64,000 bases of DNA, from contig DATENS010000253.1 of assembly GCA_035274925.1 (NCBI GenBank), positions 3,266 to 67,265 on the forward strand, read 5' to 3'. The notes below the pieces were generated by a model. That model was not told where the DNA came from. It saw only the letters and a program-made list of their open reading frames with translations, and ran no database searches. The position numbers were made by a program, and so were the translations under genes. Below, piece by piece: positions 52,744 to 62,525 of this stretch; the first letter of the stretch is position 1; each line of letters starts with the position of its first letter. This DNA comes from Pyrinomonadaceae bacterium. GTDB taxonomy: Bacteria > Acidobacteriota > Blastocatellia > Pyrinomonadales > Pyrinomonadaceae.

Positions 52744-52897
52744 GAATTGTCTTCAGCATGTTCCGTCTCCTTGCGATGCTACCCCGCTTTGCGAACGATG
52801 CTATTTGTTCGCCTTTCAACGTAAATGTTAGGATGTCGCTTCAGAATCCTAAGGATATCAGGGCGGCTTCTGACACTCAAAACCGGGACGTCAAACA

Positions 52898-53452
52898 ATG
52901 AAACGAATCCTCTTTGGGACTCTTTGCGGCGTCATTTCTGTGGTGACGATTTGCCCGGCGATAGCCGAGTCCGGCGATAGCGCGGGTGAAGAGCGAATCG
53001 AAATCACTGTGCCCACGGCTCCCTGGAAGCTGACTTTGCCCAAAAATGATTTTGGGGTTAGACGGCAGCAGATCGATCCGAAGGGCCGTTTTGGATCTAC
53101 ATTCCTCACCGATGATGATCGGCACCTGAATATTTCAATTTTCGTTCGGCCGGCGAGCGAGTGTCAGGACAGCAAGTCCTGTCGCGATATGCTGTGGGCG
53201 AAATATCGCTCGCGGCCAAATCTGGAGAGTGTGGCTCTCGCCGAGATCGGCGCGGCTAGTTGCGTTGAATTTGTGGATCCGATGTTTCAGGGCCATCCGG
53301 TTCGACAGCAGAACATGCTGGCAGTATTCGTGGTAGACGGGTTCCGGGTGGACCTTCATCTGATGGGTGCTGACAAGGACCGCAACCGCGAATTGTTCAC
53401 ACGGATTATCAAGGCGATAAAGTTTGAACCCAAGGGAGCCCCCAAGTCTTAA
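52898..53452 (+). CDS. secreted hypothetical protein
   Basis: Signal peptide [23 protein letters not shown]. The stop is 1 nt before the CbbQ-like start. Confidence 0.5.
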   Translation: MKRILFGTLCGVISVVTICPAIAESGDSAGEERIEITVPTAPWKLTLPKNDFGVRRQQIDPKGRFGSTFLTDDDRHLNISIFVRPASECQDSKSCRDMLWAKYRSRPNLESVALAEIGAASCVEFVDPMFQGHPVRQQNMLAVFVVDGFRVDLHLMGADKDRNRELFTRIIKAIKFEPKGAPKS

Positions 53453-53453
53453 A

Positions 53454-54260
53454 ATGCCCGAACGCGCCATTGAAGAATATCGAATTGTTGACGAGCCTTT
53501 TTATCTGCCCGTCGATCACGAAGTTGATCTGTTCGCAGCGGCCCATTCCGCTCACCTGCCGGTAATTTTGAAAGGGCCGACGGGCTGCGGCAAAACGCGT
53601 TTTGTCGAGCATATGGCTTGGCGGCTCGAGCGGCCGCTGATCACCGTTGCCTGCCACGAGGATCTTTCTTCTACTGACCTGGTGGGCAGGTTTCTGATCG
53701 AAGGTGAAGAGACAGTTTGGCACGATGGGCCGCTGACGTCGGCCGTGCGCCACGGCGCAATTTGCTATCTCGACGAAGTCGTTGAGGCGCGCAAGGATAC
53801 AGTCGTCATCATTCACCCGCTTACGGATCATCGCCGGCGGCTTCCGATTGAAAAAAGAGGAACAGTCCTGGAAGCGCCGTCGGATTTCATGCTCGTGGTT
53901 TCCTATAATCCGGGTTATCAATCGATCCTGAAAGATCTGAAGCAGTCGACGCGCCAGCGTTTTGTAGCCATTGATTTTGACTATCCGCCTCCCGAAGCCG
54001 AAACCACGATCGTCGCGCGTGAGGGCGGCATCGACGAAGGCACCGCGCGCGATTTGGTTCTAATCGGACAGAAGGTGCGTAACCTGCGGGGCCACGGGTT
54101 GGAAGAAGGTGTCTCAACCCGGCTGTTGATCTACGCTGCGCAACTTATCTCGCACGGCATCCCACCAGTGCGCGCGGCCGAAGTCGCGATGTGCTCGCCG
54201 ATCACCGACGATCGCGATCTGCAAAGAAGCATTCGCGAGATCGTGACCACGGTGATGTAG
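53454..54260 (+). CDS. CbbQ/NorQ/NirQ-type MoxR-family AAA+ ATPase
   Basis: [10 protein letters not shown] (Walker A), [10 protein letters not shown] (Walker B), C-terminal [12 protein letters not shown]...PITDD (CbbQ_C-like). The ORF-track start 53424 would overlap the upstream gene. Confidence 0.85.
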   Translation: MPERAIEEYRIVDEPFYLPVDHEVDLFAAAHSAHLPVILKGPTGCGKTRFVEHMAWRLERPLITVACHEDLSSTDLVGRFLIEGEETVWHDGPLTSAVRHGAICYLDEVVEARKDTVVIIHPLTDHRRRLPIEKRGTVLEAPSDFMLVVSYNPGYQSILKDLKQSTRQRFVAIDFDYPPPEAETTIVAREGGIDEGTARDLVLIGQKVRNLRGHGLEEGVSTRLLIYAAQLISHGIPPVRAAEVAMCSPITDDRDLQRSIREIVTTVM

Positions 54261-54262
54261 AG

Positions 54263-57200
54263 GTGGCTGACGAACCGCAAACGAACAAACACCCCACGCC
54301 GCTTGACGAGCAAATCAACGAGCATCTGAAGGCCGCCAGGAATCCTGCCGAGCGACGCACCGTCGCCGGACTGCTGCGACAAATAAGCCAGCTTCCGCTT
54401 GAACATACGCGCGCTGCGGTCGAAACCAGCGCGGTAATCGGTGCGGTGTCGTTGCGGGCCAGCATTGAGTTTCTGCGCGCGGCATCGGACGCCGCCCGCG
54501 TGCTCGATCCCGCAGAGTTGCGTGCGTGGGGCGAGATCGGGCGCCGTTTGACGATGGCCGACATCGAAAACGGCGTGAGCTTTTTCATCGCGGGCGTTTC
54601 AGAATTCGCAAACGTGCCGGCCGTCGCGCGGCCCTTTGTGTTTCAGGTTTGCTCGCGGCAAATGACGTTGTCTGCTCCTGCCGCCGCGGAAACCTTACAC
54701 GGCGCTTCCGCGCTGGCGAAAGAGATCGGCGACGCCGAAGTGCTGCGCGCCGTTTATCAAATCGCGTCGGAGATCTCGCGGCGCTCGGCAAAGCACAGCA
54801 GCGAGTTTCTGAATGCGACCTCACTCGTAATCCCCCGGCTTGCTGTTTACGACCCACCAGCTACCGCAGGTCCAGAATCATTGGCGGGCGGTAGCCCGCC
54901 TCTAAACAACGACGTAACGCTCTCTGCAATCAATCTCACTTCGCAATTCGCCGAGCGCGCCGGCGGCATCGCCTCAGATGCGTGGCAGGCGATTCCCGTG
55001 GCAATAGAAAACCTGGATGTTGGAGCAGCCCTCAAGTTGATGCGGCGCGCCTCGAGTTTTCTTGAAAGAGGCGGCGGCACAGCCCTGAACGTACTCGCAT
55101 CCGGCGGCGAGATTCTGCGAATCCTGCCTGAATGCTTTGATGATTGGATCGAGTTGCTTTGGACGGTGGCCGTGCATGGCAATGCCGGACTTGTCGCTTT
55201 CATTCGCGCCAGCCCGCCGTTCTTTCAAACCATCGCCGGACGAAGCCGTGAGGAGCGCGGCGTCCTGGCCCGTCGGGTGATGACCCTCACGCGTGACGTG
55301 GCTCGTGTGGACGCCGAAAGCGCGCTGGCGTGTCTACGCTCAGCCGGCAAAGCCCTGCACACAGTCTCGATCGATCAGTTTGAGAGTTGGGCCCGCGCCG
55401 GATTGATTAGCGCGGATGCGCGCGTGCGCCGGAGTTATTACGCGCTCGAAACGCGTACCAGCAACGAAGCGTTGCGCGTGGGCGGCGCCGGAGTCGCGCT
55501 TGAATCGATTCAGCCCCTGCTGCGTCTTTACGTCGAAGGACTGACCGGCCGTGCCGTCGAGGTTGCGCCGGTAGCGGCGGTGCCGGTTGAGTCGCGCATC
55601 GGCGACGGCCGCACGATTCACCTGCCATCGGTGGTGGCGGAGTTTGGCGATGCCGATCTCGACTTTCGGCTATACAAAGTCCTGGCCGCTCACGCAGCCG
55701 GTCAGATCGAATTTGGAACTTACGAGCGTGACTCGGAAGACTTGCGCGCGGCTTATGCTTCGTTGACTGAGCTTTATGATCCGGCGAGGCAGGACGATCG
55801 CGACGCGTTTGCCATCGATCCAAATCTCCTCGCGGAAACTGAGTCTCACGCAAAGGCGCAAAGTCGCAAAGAAATCCCTGGCGAATTGGATTATCGCCAG
55901 GTTCTCAACCTCTTCTCAATTCCTGCACTCGCTCGCAGAATCTTCGGAACTCTGGAAAACGCCCGCATCGATCGACACCTGCGGCGCACTTATCGCGGCC
56001 TGGTGCGGGATCTGGATTTGATTCGCGACCACCTGCGGCATCGCCGCCCCCAGATCATCGATTTACCGCCCGCGTTGATCCCGTTCGAGCTGCTATTTCA
56101 AATCACGCTGCTCGGCGGCGCGCTCGACGACGCGCGCGAGTTTTACGGTCAAGTCGTCTCGGAACTCGAAACCATCGTTGTTAACTATTTATCAAACCCG
56201 CTTGCGACGGTGGCCGATACGTTGATGGCCACCAGCCGCGTCTATGCGCTGTTTCAATCAATCGCCCTTGAAGATTCCGAACAGCAGATCGAAGTCCCGG
56301 ATGAGATGGACCAGGACGACCAGGGCAAGATGGCGGAGCAGATGATGCGCGAGCGCCAGGCCGATCGACAGCCGCAACGTCGCGACGCGCGCGAGCTCTT
56401 CAATGCCTGGAATCGCGAAACCGATGGCGAGTTTGATGAGCTCGAAGGCAGTGAAGCCTGGGGAGAAGGCGACGTGCCGGAACAGGATCTGGAAGCCGGC
56501 GAGGTCGCATTTAATTACGACGAGTGGGACCGCGATCTGGTCGATCATCGCTTAGGCTGGTGCCGCGTGGTGGAAAAGAAAGTTAAGCGCGGCAGCCGCG
56601 ATTTCGTCGACGATACACGCGAGCGTTATCGCGGCGTCGTGTCATCAATTCGTCATCAGTTTCAGTTGATGAAGCCTGAGAACCTTACAAAGATCGCAAA
56701 TGAAATTGACGGAGAAGATTACGATCTGAACGCAGTCGTCGATTATTTCATCGACCGCCGCGCCGACGGGCAGCAGTCGGAACGCATTTACACAAAACGC
56801 CTGCGCCGGAGGCGCGATGTGGCAGTGTCTTTCCTGCTGGATCAGTCGTCTTCAACCGCGCGCACCATCGGACGCCACCCGCTGCAGCCTTACACGCATC
56901 CGGGCCGGCGCATCATTGAAATTGAAAAAGAAGGCCTGGTGCTGATGAGCGAGGCGCTCGAGGCGGTCGGCGACGCTTACTCGATCAACGGCTTCACTTC
57001 CGAAGGCCGCCGCAACGTAAAGTTTTATGTATTGAAGGACTTCAGCGAGCAGTATTCCGATGAAGTAATGCGGCGCATCGGCGGCATCACCTATCAAAAC
57101 AACACGCGGCTGGGCGCAGCGATTCGGCACGCTTCCGCGAAACTGGAAAAGCAGGACGCACGCACACGGTTGTTGATAGTCCTGTCTGACGGGCGGCCTT

Positions 57201-57421
57201 ACGATCACGATTACGGCGACGCGCGTTACGCGCGCGAGGACACGCGCGAAGCCCTGCGCCAAGCCAAGACTGCCGGCATTACACCCTTCTGCATCACCAT
57301 CGATCGCGAATCCGAAGCCGAGCTGCGTGATCTATACGGCGAAGTTGGCTACACGATTATTGATGACGTGCTCACTTTGCCGGAAAGACTGCCGGGGATT
57401 TATCGAAGGTTGACGACGTGA
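54263..57421 (+). CDS. CbbO/NorD-like protein: long helical N-terminal region plus C-terminal VWA domain
   Basis: C-terminal [10 protein letters not shown] (MIDAS DxSxS), ...TRLG.A..., [10 protein letters not shown]. Start is uncertain: GTG 54263 follows the CbbQ stop, while ORF-track ATG 54191 overlaps it by 70 nt. Confidence 0.75.
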   Translation: MADEPQTNKHPTPLDEQINEHLKAARNPAERRTVAGLLRQISQLPLEHTRAAVETSAVIGAVSLRASIEFLRAASDAARVLDPAELRAWGEIGRRLTMADIENGVSFFIAGVSEFANVPAVARPFVFQVCSRQMTLSAPAAAETLHGASALAKEIGDAEVLRAVYQIASEISRRSAKHSSEFLNATSLVIPRLAVYDPPATAGPESLAGGSPPLNNDVTLSAINLTSQFAERAGGIASDAWQAIPVAIENLDVGAALKLMRRASSFLERGGGTALNVLASGGEILRILPECFDDWIELLWTVAVHGNAGLVAFIRASPPFFQTIAGRSREERGVLARRVMTLTRDVARVDAESALACLRSAGKALHTVSIDQFESWARAGLISADARVRRSYYALETRTSNEALRVGGAGVALESIQPLLRLYVEGLTGRAVEVAPVAAVPVESRIGDGRTIHLPSVVAEFGDADLDFRLYKVLAAHAAGQIEFGTYERDSEDLRAAYASLTELYDPARQDDRDAFAIDPNLLAETESHAKAQSRKEIPGELDYRQVLNLFSIPALARRIFGTLENARIDRHLRRTYRGLVRDLDLIRDHLRHRRPQIIDLPPALIPFELLFQITLLGGALDDAREFYGQVVSELETIVVNYLSNPLATVADTLMATSRVYALFQSIALEDSEQQIEVPDEMDQDDQGKMAEQMMRERQADRQPQRRDARELFNAWNRETDGEFDELEGSEAWGEGDVPEQDLEAGEVAFNYDEWDRDLVDHRLGWCRVVEKKVKRGSRDFVDDTRERYRGVVSSIRHQFQLMKPENLTKIANEIDGEDYDLNAVVDYFIDRRADGQQSERIYTKRLRRRRDVAVSFLLDQSSSTARTIGRHPLQPYTHPGRRIIEIEKEGLVLMSEALEAVGDAYSINGFTSEGRRNVKFYVLKDFSEQYSDEVMRRIGGITYQNNTRLGAAIRHASAKLEKQDARTRLLIVLSDGRPYDHDYGDARYAREDTREALRQAKTAGITPFCITIDRESEAELRDLYGEVGYTIIDDVLTLPERLPGIYRRLTT

Positions 57422-57473
57422 CCCATAGCCGGATAATAGGGTGTAGAAAGGACATTCGACACGCTAAAGAAGC

Positions 57474-58448
57474 ATGGCCGAACTAATTTATCCCACCAAC
57501 GAAATATTGTATGGCCCTTGGCTGATTGATCGGGAGGGTCTAGAGGCCTTTGATGAAATGTTGGACCAAGAGTGGGAACGAATAAACGCGTATAACGATA
57601 AGAAAAAAGAGCAGGAGTTCGAAAAAAGAGTTCAGGAAAGAATCGAACGATACGAGTCGGAAGAACGTGATATCGATATTGAGACGGCCCGCCAACAAGA
57701 GAAAAGATTTTCAGAGGAGTACTCTTTCTTAAGATCAGCGTACAGCTCTAGGTCTACGCGAAAAATCAACATACAGCTGAAGGGGAAACGGATCCAAGCA
57801 AATTCTTTTAAAGAAGCGTTTCGAGATCCCGAACTGTTGGGCGAAGTTCCGCGCAAGTTTGACGCTCGGGTGGAGTGCGGAGAGATTGACTGCACTGTTA
57901 TTCTAACGGGCAATCTATTAAGCCTCAGGACTTCTCCGGAAGATAACCGCGAGGCAAGAGAATTGTTTGTGAGTCTCAAGCAATGGGTCGCAGGCATAGC
58001 ACCGCCGAAATGGTTACATCTTTGGAGGAGGTTTAACGGGCTACAGTGGCTTTTATGGTTCCTCACGATCTTGGTTGTTGTACTTACTATGGGGCGTGAC
58101 CCGAAAGACGAAGCGAGGAAAACGTATCAACGGCAAGCCCACGAAATTCTTAACTCAGGAATGTCTCAAGAACAACAAACCAAAGCGATTGAGGTGCTCT
58201 TGGCGCTTCAATCTGAATATGTACCGTCCGCCCAGCCCAATAGAACTCCGGGTTGGTTTGTGTTTTTGTCGTTTGGCGGGCTAGTGATGTGCGCTATTTC
58301 AACGATCGTTCCAAGCGCAGTCTTGGGCATCGGCAAAGGACAAGACCGAATACGCTTTTGGCGTAAGTGGATTTGGTTCGTCTTTATCGCGGTTCCCGGT
58401 TTCGTTCTGGTCAACATTGTGTGGCCCTACCTAGGTGTGGTTCGTTAG
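57474..58448 (+). CDS. orphan protein: charged/coiled N-terminal half plus 3-4 C-terminal TM helices, in an AT-rich island
   Basis: 324 aa. K/E-rich segment KKKEQEFEKRVQERIERYESEERDIDIE. TM helices LQWLLWFLTILVVVL, WFVFLSFGGLVMCAISTIV and IWFVFIAVPGFVLVNIVW. Base composition is clearly lower in GC than the flanks. Confidence 0.55.
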   Translation: MAELIYPTNEILYGPWLIDREGLEAFDEMLDQEWERINAYNDKKKEQEFEKRVQERIERYESEERDIDIETARQQEKRFSEEYSFLRSAYSSRSTRKINIQLKGKRIQANSFKEAFRDPELLGEVPRKFDARVECGEIDCTVILTGNLLSLRTSPEDNREARELFVSLKQWVAGIAPPKWLHLWRRFNGLQWLLWFLTILVVVLTMGRDPKDEARKTYQRQAHEILNSGMSQEQQTKAIEVLLALQSEYVPSAQPNRTPGWFVFLSFGGLVMCAISTIVPSAVLGIGKGQDRIRFWRKWIWFVFIAVPGFVLVNIVWPYLGVVR

Positions 58449-58462
58449 GTTTAGCAGATCAT

Positions 58463-59998
58463 TCAGGCATTAACCCTCTCTCGCCTCACCACGCGCACAC
58501 CTCTTCGCCAGTCTTCATTAATATCGAAGCGGTAAACTTCAATGTCAGGCGCGATGGTTCTGGCCAGCGTGGCGAATGACGGATGGAAGCGGAGGGCGGG
58601 TGCGACGAGGTAAACCAGCGGCGATTCGTCGCTGATCTCGCGCTCGCCGAAAAGTTTTGCCGCAGTGATATGGCCGCGGCGGCGATGGGCCTCGACCCTG
58701 CGCCAGTAATCAACACCCTGAAAAACGTGCTCGCGATCCTCGTTCACCTTTAGTTCGATTACCGCCAGTCGTCCATCACGCCGGAGCGCCAACAGATCGA
58801 TTGGCCGTACCCCGGTCGGTCCTCCGTGCGACGTGCGAAACTGCGCATGCAATGGCGCAATGATTAGCCCAGGATCGAGTTTCGATATGTCGCGGCGCAG
58901 GATTGACTCCAGCCACGCCTCGCCCGCCGCCCGATAAAACCAGTGGCCCCGGTCACGGCAACTCTCGTCGCGATAGGTCTTTAGATCGGCTAGCAACTTC
59001 TCCCAATCTCTTTGGTGATGTTCGCGTAGCGCACGGCGGCGGGCGCCTTCGATGCCGAACCAGATACGCTCTCGCTCCATCACGCGGCGCACGCGCGCGA
59101 ATGGCAAGCCGTGATAGCGCAACGTCTGTCCGTGACGCGAAGACACGACGTCGATGTTGGCGGGCGATCGGGAAATGATTTCCGTGACGCCTTCGCTCGC
59201 AGCAGGCGCCGATACCGGCGGAAACCTGGCGAGCCTTTTCTTCCAAATGTGACTTCGCTTGAACGAGCCAACGCTTTCAACCTGCGCCCAGTCTTTGTCA
59301 ATCGTGAACAATTCAATTCTCTCGCGCAGTGACTGACGAAGGAGAACGTGACGCTGGCGTGCCGCTTCCAGTAATCCGTGCTCGACAATCATGAGCAGAC
59401 GATTGAGTGGCGGCCGCTTTGGACTCGATCGAAGTCGCTCGAACCAAAGCAGCGCGGATGAGAAGAGCGAGTCCGCATTGCGCGCGTCGCTCTCGGCAAC
59501 CGTTGCGGTCACGGCCACGCGCTCGTGCGGCAGACGCAGGATAATGCGCGCATAGCGCCCGGGCTGATCCCGACGCATGCCGGGACTCAGGGCAGCAAGT
59601 TCGACCTTGGCCTCCAAAGTCTGTGCCGCAACCTGCGCGAGTTGCTCGCATCGAGCCTGCCGCGCCGCGGCAATGCCGGCTATTGCGGCTTTGGCGGAAG
59701 CGCGTGGAACCAGTTCCAGCTTCGCGGCTTCGCGTCCCATGCCGCGCGTCGCTTCCAATTCGAGCCGCTCGCCCTTCCAATCCCATCTCGTGATGCGCCA
59801 TGTTTTCGAGCCTTGCTCAGTCCAACTCGAGAAAATCAAACGGCCATGGGCGGCGGAAAAATCAAACTCGTCCCGCTGAATTGCGAGCGGCGCGCCACCA
59901 TTCTGGGTCAGAAACCATTCGCTCTGCCCGTCGAGGATTTTGCGGATCGACTTTTCGGAGTTCGAAACCGTTTCGAGTTGCTTGATTGCCGGGGGCAT
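58463..59998 (-). CDS. hypothetical protein with C-terminal NucS/DUF91-like PD-(D/E)xK nuclease fold
   Basis: 511 aa. ..EAWLESILRRDISKLDPGL....RPIDLLALRRDGRLAVIELKVNEDREHVFQGVDYW (D...E.K...Q..Y pattern). Confidence 0.55.
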   Translation of the reverse strand: MPPAIKQLETVSNSEKSIRKILDGQSEWFLTQNGGAPLAIQRDEFDFSAAHGRLIFSSWTEQGSKTWRITRWDWKGERLELEATRGMGREAAKLELVPRASAKAAIAGIAAARQARCEQLAQVAAQTLEAKVELAALSPGMRRDQPGRYARIILRLPHERVAVTATVAESDARNADSLFSSALLWFERLRSSPKRPPLNRLLMIVEHGLLEAARQRHVLLRQSLRERIELFTIDKDWAQVESVGSFKRSHIWKKRLARFPPVSAPAASEGVTEIISRSPANIDVVSSRHGQTLRYHGLPFARVRRVMERERIWFGIEGARRRALREHHQRDWEKLLADLKTYRDESCRDRGHWFYRAAGEAWLESILRRDISKLDPGLIIAPLHAQFRTSHGGPTGVRPIDLLALRRDGRLAVIELKVNEDREHVFQGVDYWRRVEAHRRRGHITAAKLFGEREISDESPLVYLVAPALRFHPSFATLARTIAPDIEVYRFDINEDWRRGVRVVRRERVNA

Positions 59999-60083
59999 TT
60001 GCGGGAGCCGCCAAACGCTGTGTTACCATTTCTGAAATCGCGCAAGCTTAGCACCGGAATTATTTTTTGAAAGCCATCAATTG

Positions 60084-61265
60084 ATGCAAAAAATTTATCT
60101 AGCAGGCGCAGTCCGTACGCCCATCGGCCGTTTCGGCGGCACGCTGGCCAACTGGACGGCTGCTGATTTAGGCACTGCCGTGGCAAGGGAAAGCCTGCGC
60201 CGCGCAAACATTCAACCCGACAAGATCGACGATTCGATCTGGGGTTGCGCGCGGCAGGCGGGCGGGGGACCAAACGTTGCGCGGCAAGTAACTTTTCGTG
60301 CAGGTGTGCCGGACTCAGTTCCGGCGTTCACCGTGAACCAGGCATGCGGCTCGGGATTGCGCGCAATCATTCTTGCGGCAGAGAAAATCATGTTGGGCCG
60401 CGCGAGCGTTGTGCTGGCCGGAGGAACAGAGAGCATGTCGCGCGTGCCTTACTTTGCTGAAGGCGCGCGTTGGGGAGCCCGCATGGGTCACGCCGAGTTG
60501 GTCGACGGAATGTATCGTGATGGATTCAACGATCCACTCTCGGGGCTGGTGATGGGCGAAACTGCTGAGGAGCTCGCGCGGCGGTATGAAATCGCGCGCG
60601 ACGAACAGGACGAGTATGCCTTGCGTTCACAGCAGCGGGCAGCCGAAGCGGTGGCCGCCGGAAAGTTCGCGGATGAAATGGCGCCGTTGGAAGTGAAAGA
60701 TCGGAAAGGCAACACGACTGCATTTGCCACCGATGAGCACGTGCGGGCAAAGACCTCGATCGAAGACTTGCGCAAACTGGCGCCGGTCTTTTCAAAAGAA
60801 GGAACGGTCACGGCCGGCAACTCTTCGGGAATTACTGACGGCGCCGCCGCGCTGGTTGTGATGAATGAACAAGCCCTGAAAGAGTCAGGAGCCGAACCGC
60901 TGGCGCGATTGGTCGATTATGAAATCGTCGGCGTGCCGCCTGAGATCATGGGTATTGGCCCGGTGCCTGCAGTGCGCGGAATTCTGGAAAGGCAGAAACT
61001 CACGCTTGCTGACATCGACCTGATTGAACTCAACGAAGCGTTTGCGGCCCAGGTCATCGCCTGCGATCGGGATCTGCAGCTCGATCCTGAGAAACTGAAT
61101 GTTAATGGCGGTGCGATTGCGCTTGGCCATCCGATCGGTTGTACCGGCGTACGTATTACGACCACCTTGCTGCATGAAATGAGAAGGCGAAAGGTAAGAC
61201 GCGGGGTGGCGACTCTGTGTATCAGCGGTGGCATGGGAATCGCCATGCTGGTCGAACGGGAGTGA
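60084..61265 (+). CDS. acetyl-CoA C-acetyltransferase (thiolase II)
   Basis: TVNQACGSGLRA (active Cys), NEAFAAQ, GGAIALGHPIGCTG, CISGGMG. Confidence 0.9.
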   Translation: MQKIYLAGAVRTPIGRFGGTLANWTAADLGTAVARESLRRANIQPDKIDDSIWGCARQAGGGPNVARQVTFRAGVPDSVPAFTVNQACGSGLRAIILAAEKIMLGRASVVLAGGTESMSRVPYFAEGARWGARMGHAELVDGMYRDGFNDPLSGLVMGETAEELARRYEIARDEQDEYALRSQQRAAEAVAAGKFADEMAPLEVKDRKGNTTAFATDEHVRAKTSIEDLRKLAPVFSKEGTVTAGNSSGITDGAAALVVMNEQALKESGAEPLARLVDYEIVGVPPEIMGIGPVPAVRGILERQKLTLADIDLIELNEAFAAQVIACDRDLQLDPEKLNVNGGAIALGHPIGCTGVRITTTLLHEMRRRKVRRGVATLCISGGMGIAMLVERE

Positions 61266-61360
61266 TGTCTGGGCGTCTGACACGAGCCAACCCGGACTTA
61301 CAGGCAAAGCATCGGATAAACAGCTCATCCCCGAAACTTCATCAATCGAGAGGTAACTTC

Positions 61361-62371
61361 GTGAAAATAAGACTTAATCGTGTGATCGCCGTCGCGCTTC
61401 TGGCCTTGCTCGGCATCTCGGTGTTTGCGACTAATTCCACTGACGCCGTAGCTCAAAAGAAAACGGCGCCTGACGCTTTTGCTTTCCTGCCGCAATCTGA
61501 TGGCGTTCTCGTCGTCGACGTCAATCGTCTGATAAACGAAACCCTGCCCCGGGTCTTCGCGGCGAGTACCGACAAGCTGACACACATCAATGCGGACATC
61601 GACTCGTTCAAAACCAAAACCGGCATCGATCCGCGCGCCTTTGATCGCGTTGTCGTGGGAGTGCGTTTCACAAACCCAACGCCGAACGTAACCAAGGTCG
61701 AATCGGTGGCGATTGCCCAGGGGAAGTTTGACGTAAAGTCGCTGGCCGCTGCGGGCCGTGAGGCCGCAAAAGGCAACGTGCGGGAAGAGAAGTATCGCAA
61801 TACGACGATCATGACGTTCGGGATCAACGATCAGATGAAACTGTTCGGCCTCTGGAATGTGAAAGTAAAAGAGTTGTCAGTGGCCGTGCTCAATCCGACC
61901 ACCCTGGCGATTGGAGATCCCGAGAACGTGCGCCGGGTGATTGATTCCAACCGCACGCGCCGTCGCTACAATGTTGAGCTGATTGCCCTGGCAACACGTG
62001 ACCCGCAAGCCGTGATCGGCTTTGGGTCCAACATGCCGCGCAATCTCATGTCGAATTTCGAGCTGGCCACCGATGCGATTGCCCAGGACGTGAATTCGAT
62101 CCGGCAGATGTATGGATCGATTGGCAATACCGCCACGGACGTATCGCTGGCGGTGGTGGCTCGGACGGATACTCCGGCGTCAGCAAAGAATCTTGGCGAG
62201 ACCGTTACCGGCCTTAAACAGCTCGCAGGATTTCTCATCATGCGCCTGAAAGACGACCAGCAGGCGCTGGCGCAGGGCGCGATGGGGAATTTGAAGATTA
62301 CGACGCGTGGGAATGAGCTTGAAATTCGAACTCAGGTTTCTTCCGCGAACCTGGCTGCACTCGTTAAATAA
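61361..62371 (+). CDS. secreted hypothetical protein
   Basis: GAGAGG RBS plus GTG 61361. Signal peptide VKIRLNRVIAVALLALLGISVFA. The longer ORF-track start overlaps the thiolase gene. Confidence 0.55.
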   Translation: MKIRLNRVIAVALLALLGISVFATNSTDAVAQKKTAPDAFAFLPQSDGVLVVDVNRLINETLPRVFAASTDKLTHINADIDSFKTKTGIDPRAFDRVVVGVRFTNPTPNVTKVESVAIAQGKFDVKSLAAAGREAAKGNVREEKYRNTTIMTFGINDQMKLFGLWNVKVKELSVAVLNPTTLAIGDPENVRRVIDSNRTRRRYNVELIALATRDPQAVIGFGSNMPRNLMSNFELATDAIAQDVNSIRQMYGSIGNTATDVSLAVVARTDTPASAKNLGETVTGLKQLAGFLIMRLKDDQQALAQGAMGNLKITTRGNELEIRTQVSSANLAALVK

Positions 62372-62386
62372 CCCTCTATTAGTTTC

Positions 62387-62415
62387 CTCGGCAAGGTACT
62401 CACCTCCTTGCCGAG
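62387..62415 (+). terminator. 10-bp perfect hairpin after 61361..62371 (no U-run)
   Basis: CTCGGCAAGG-9 nt-CCTTGCCGAG. Confidence 0.4.
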
Positions 62416-62525
62416 CGAAATAGCCTCTCAGCATTTTTGGAATAAACTGTGGTGGTGGGCTCAGACGCCGTTGTATCATGTGACCGCCCGCTCGTTTTTT
62501 CTCGATCTCACCAAAGGAGACAGAG

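Noticed and set aside
53424-53453. ORF-track start of the CbbQ-like gene at 53424, and of the VWA gene at 54191
   Set aside because: Both would overlap the preceding gene by 29 and 70 nt. ATG 53454 (1 nt after the upstream stop) and GTG 54263 (2 nt after the CbbQ stop) give the usual tight coupling. The VWA start remains uncertain.
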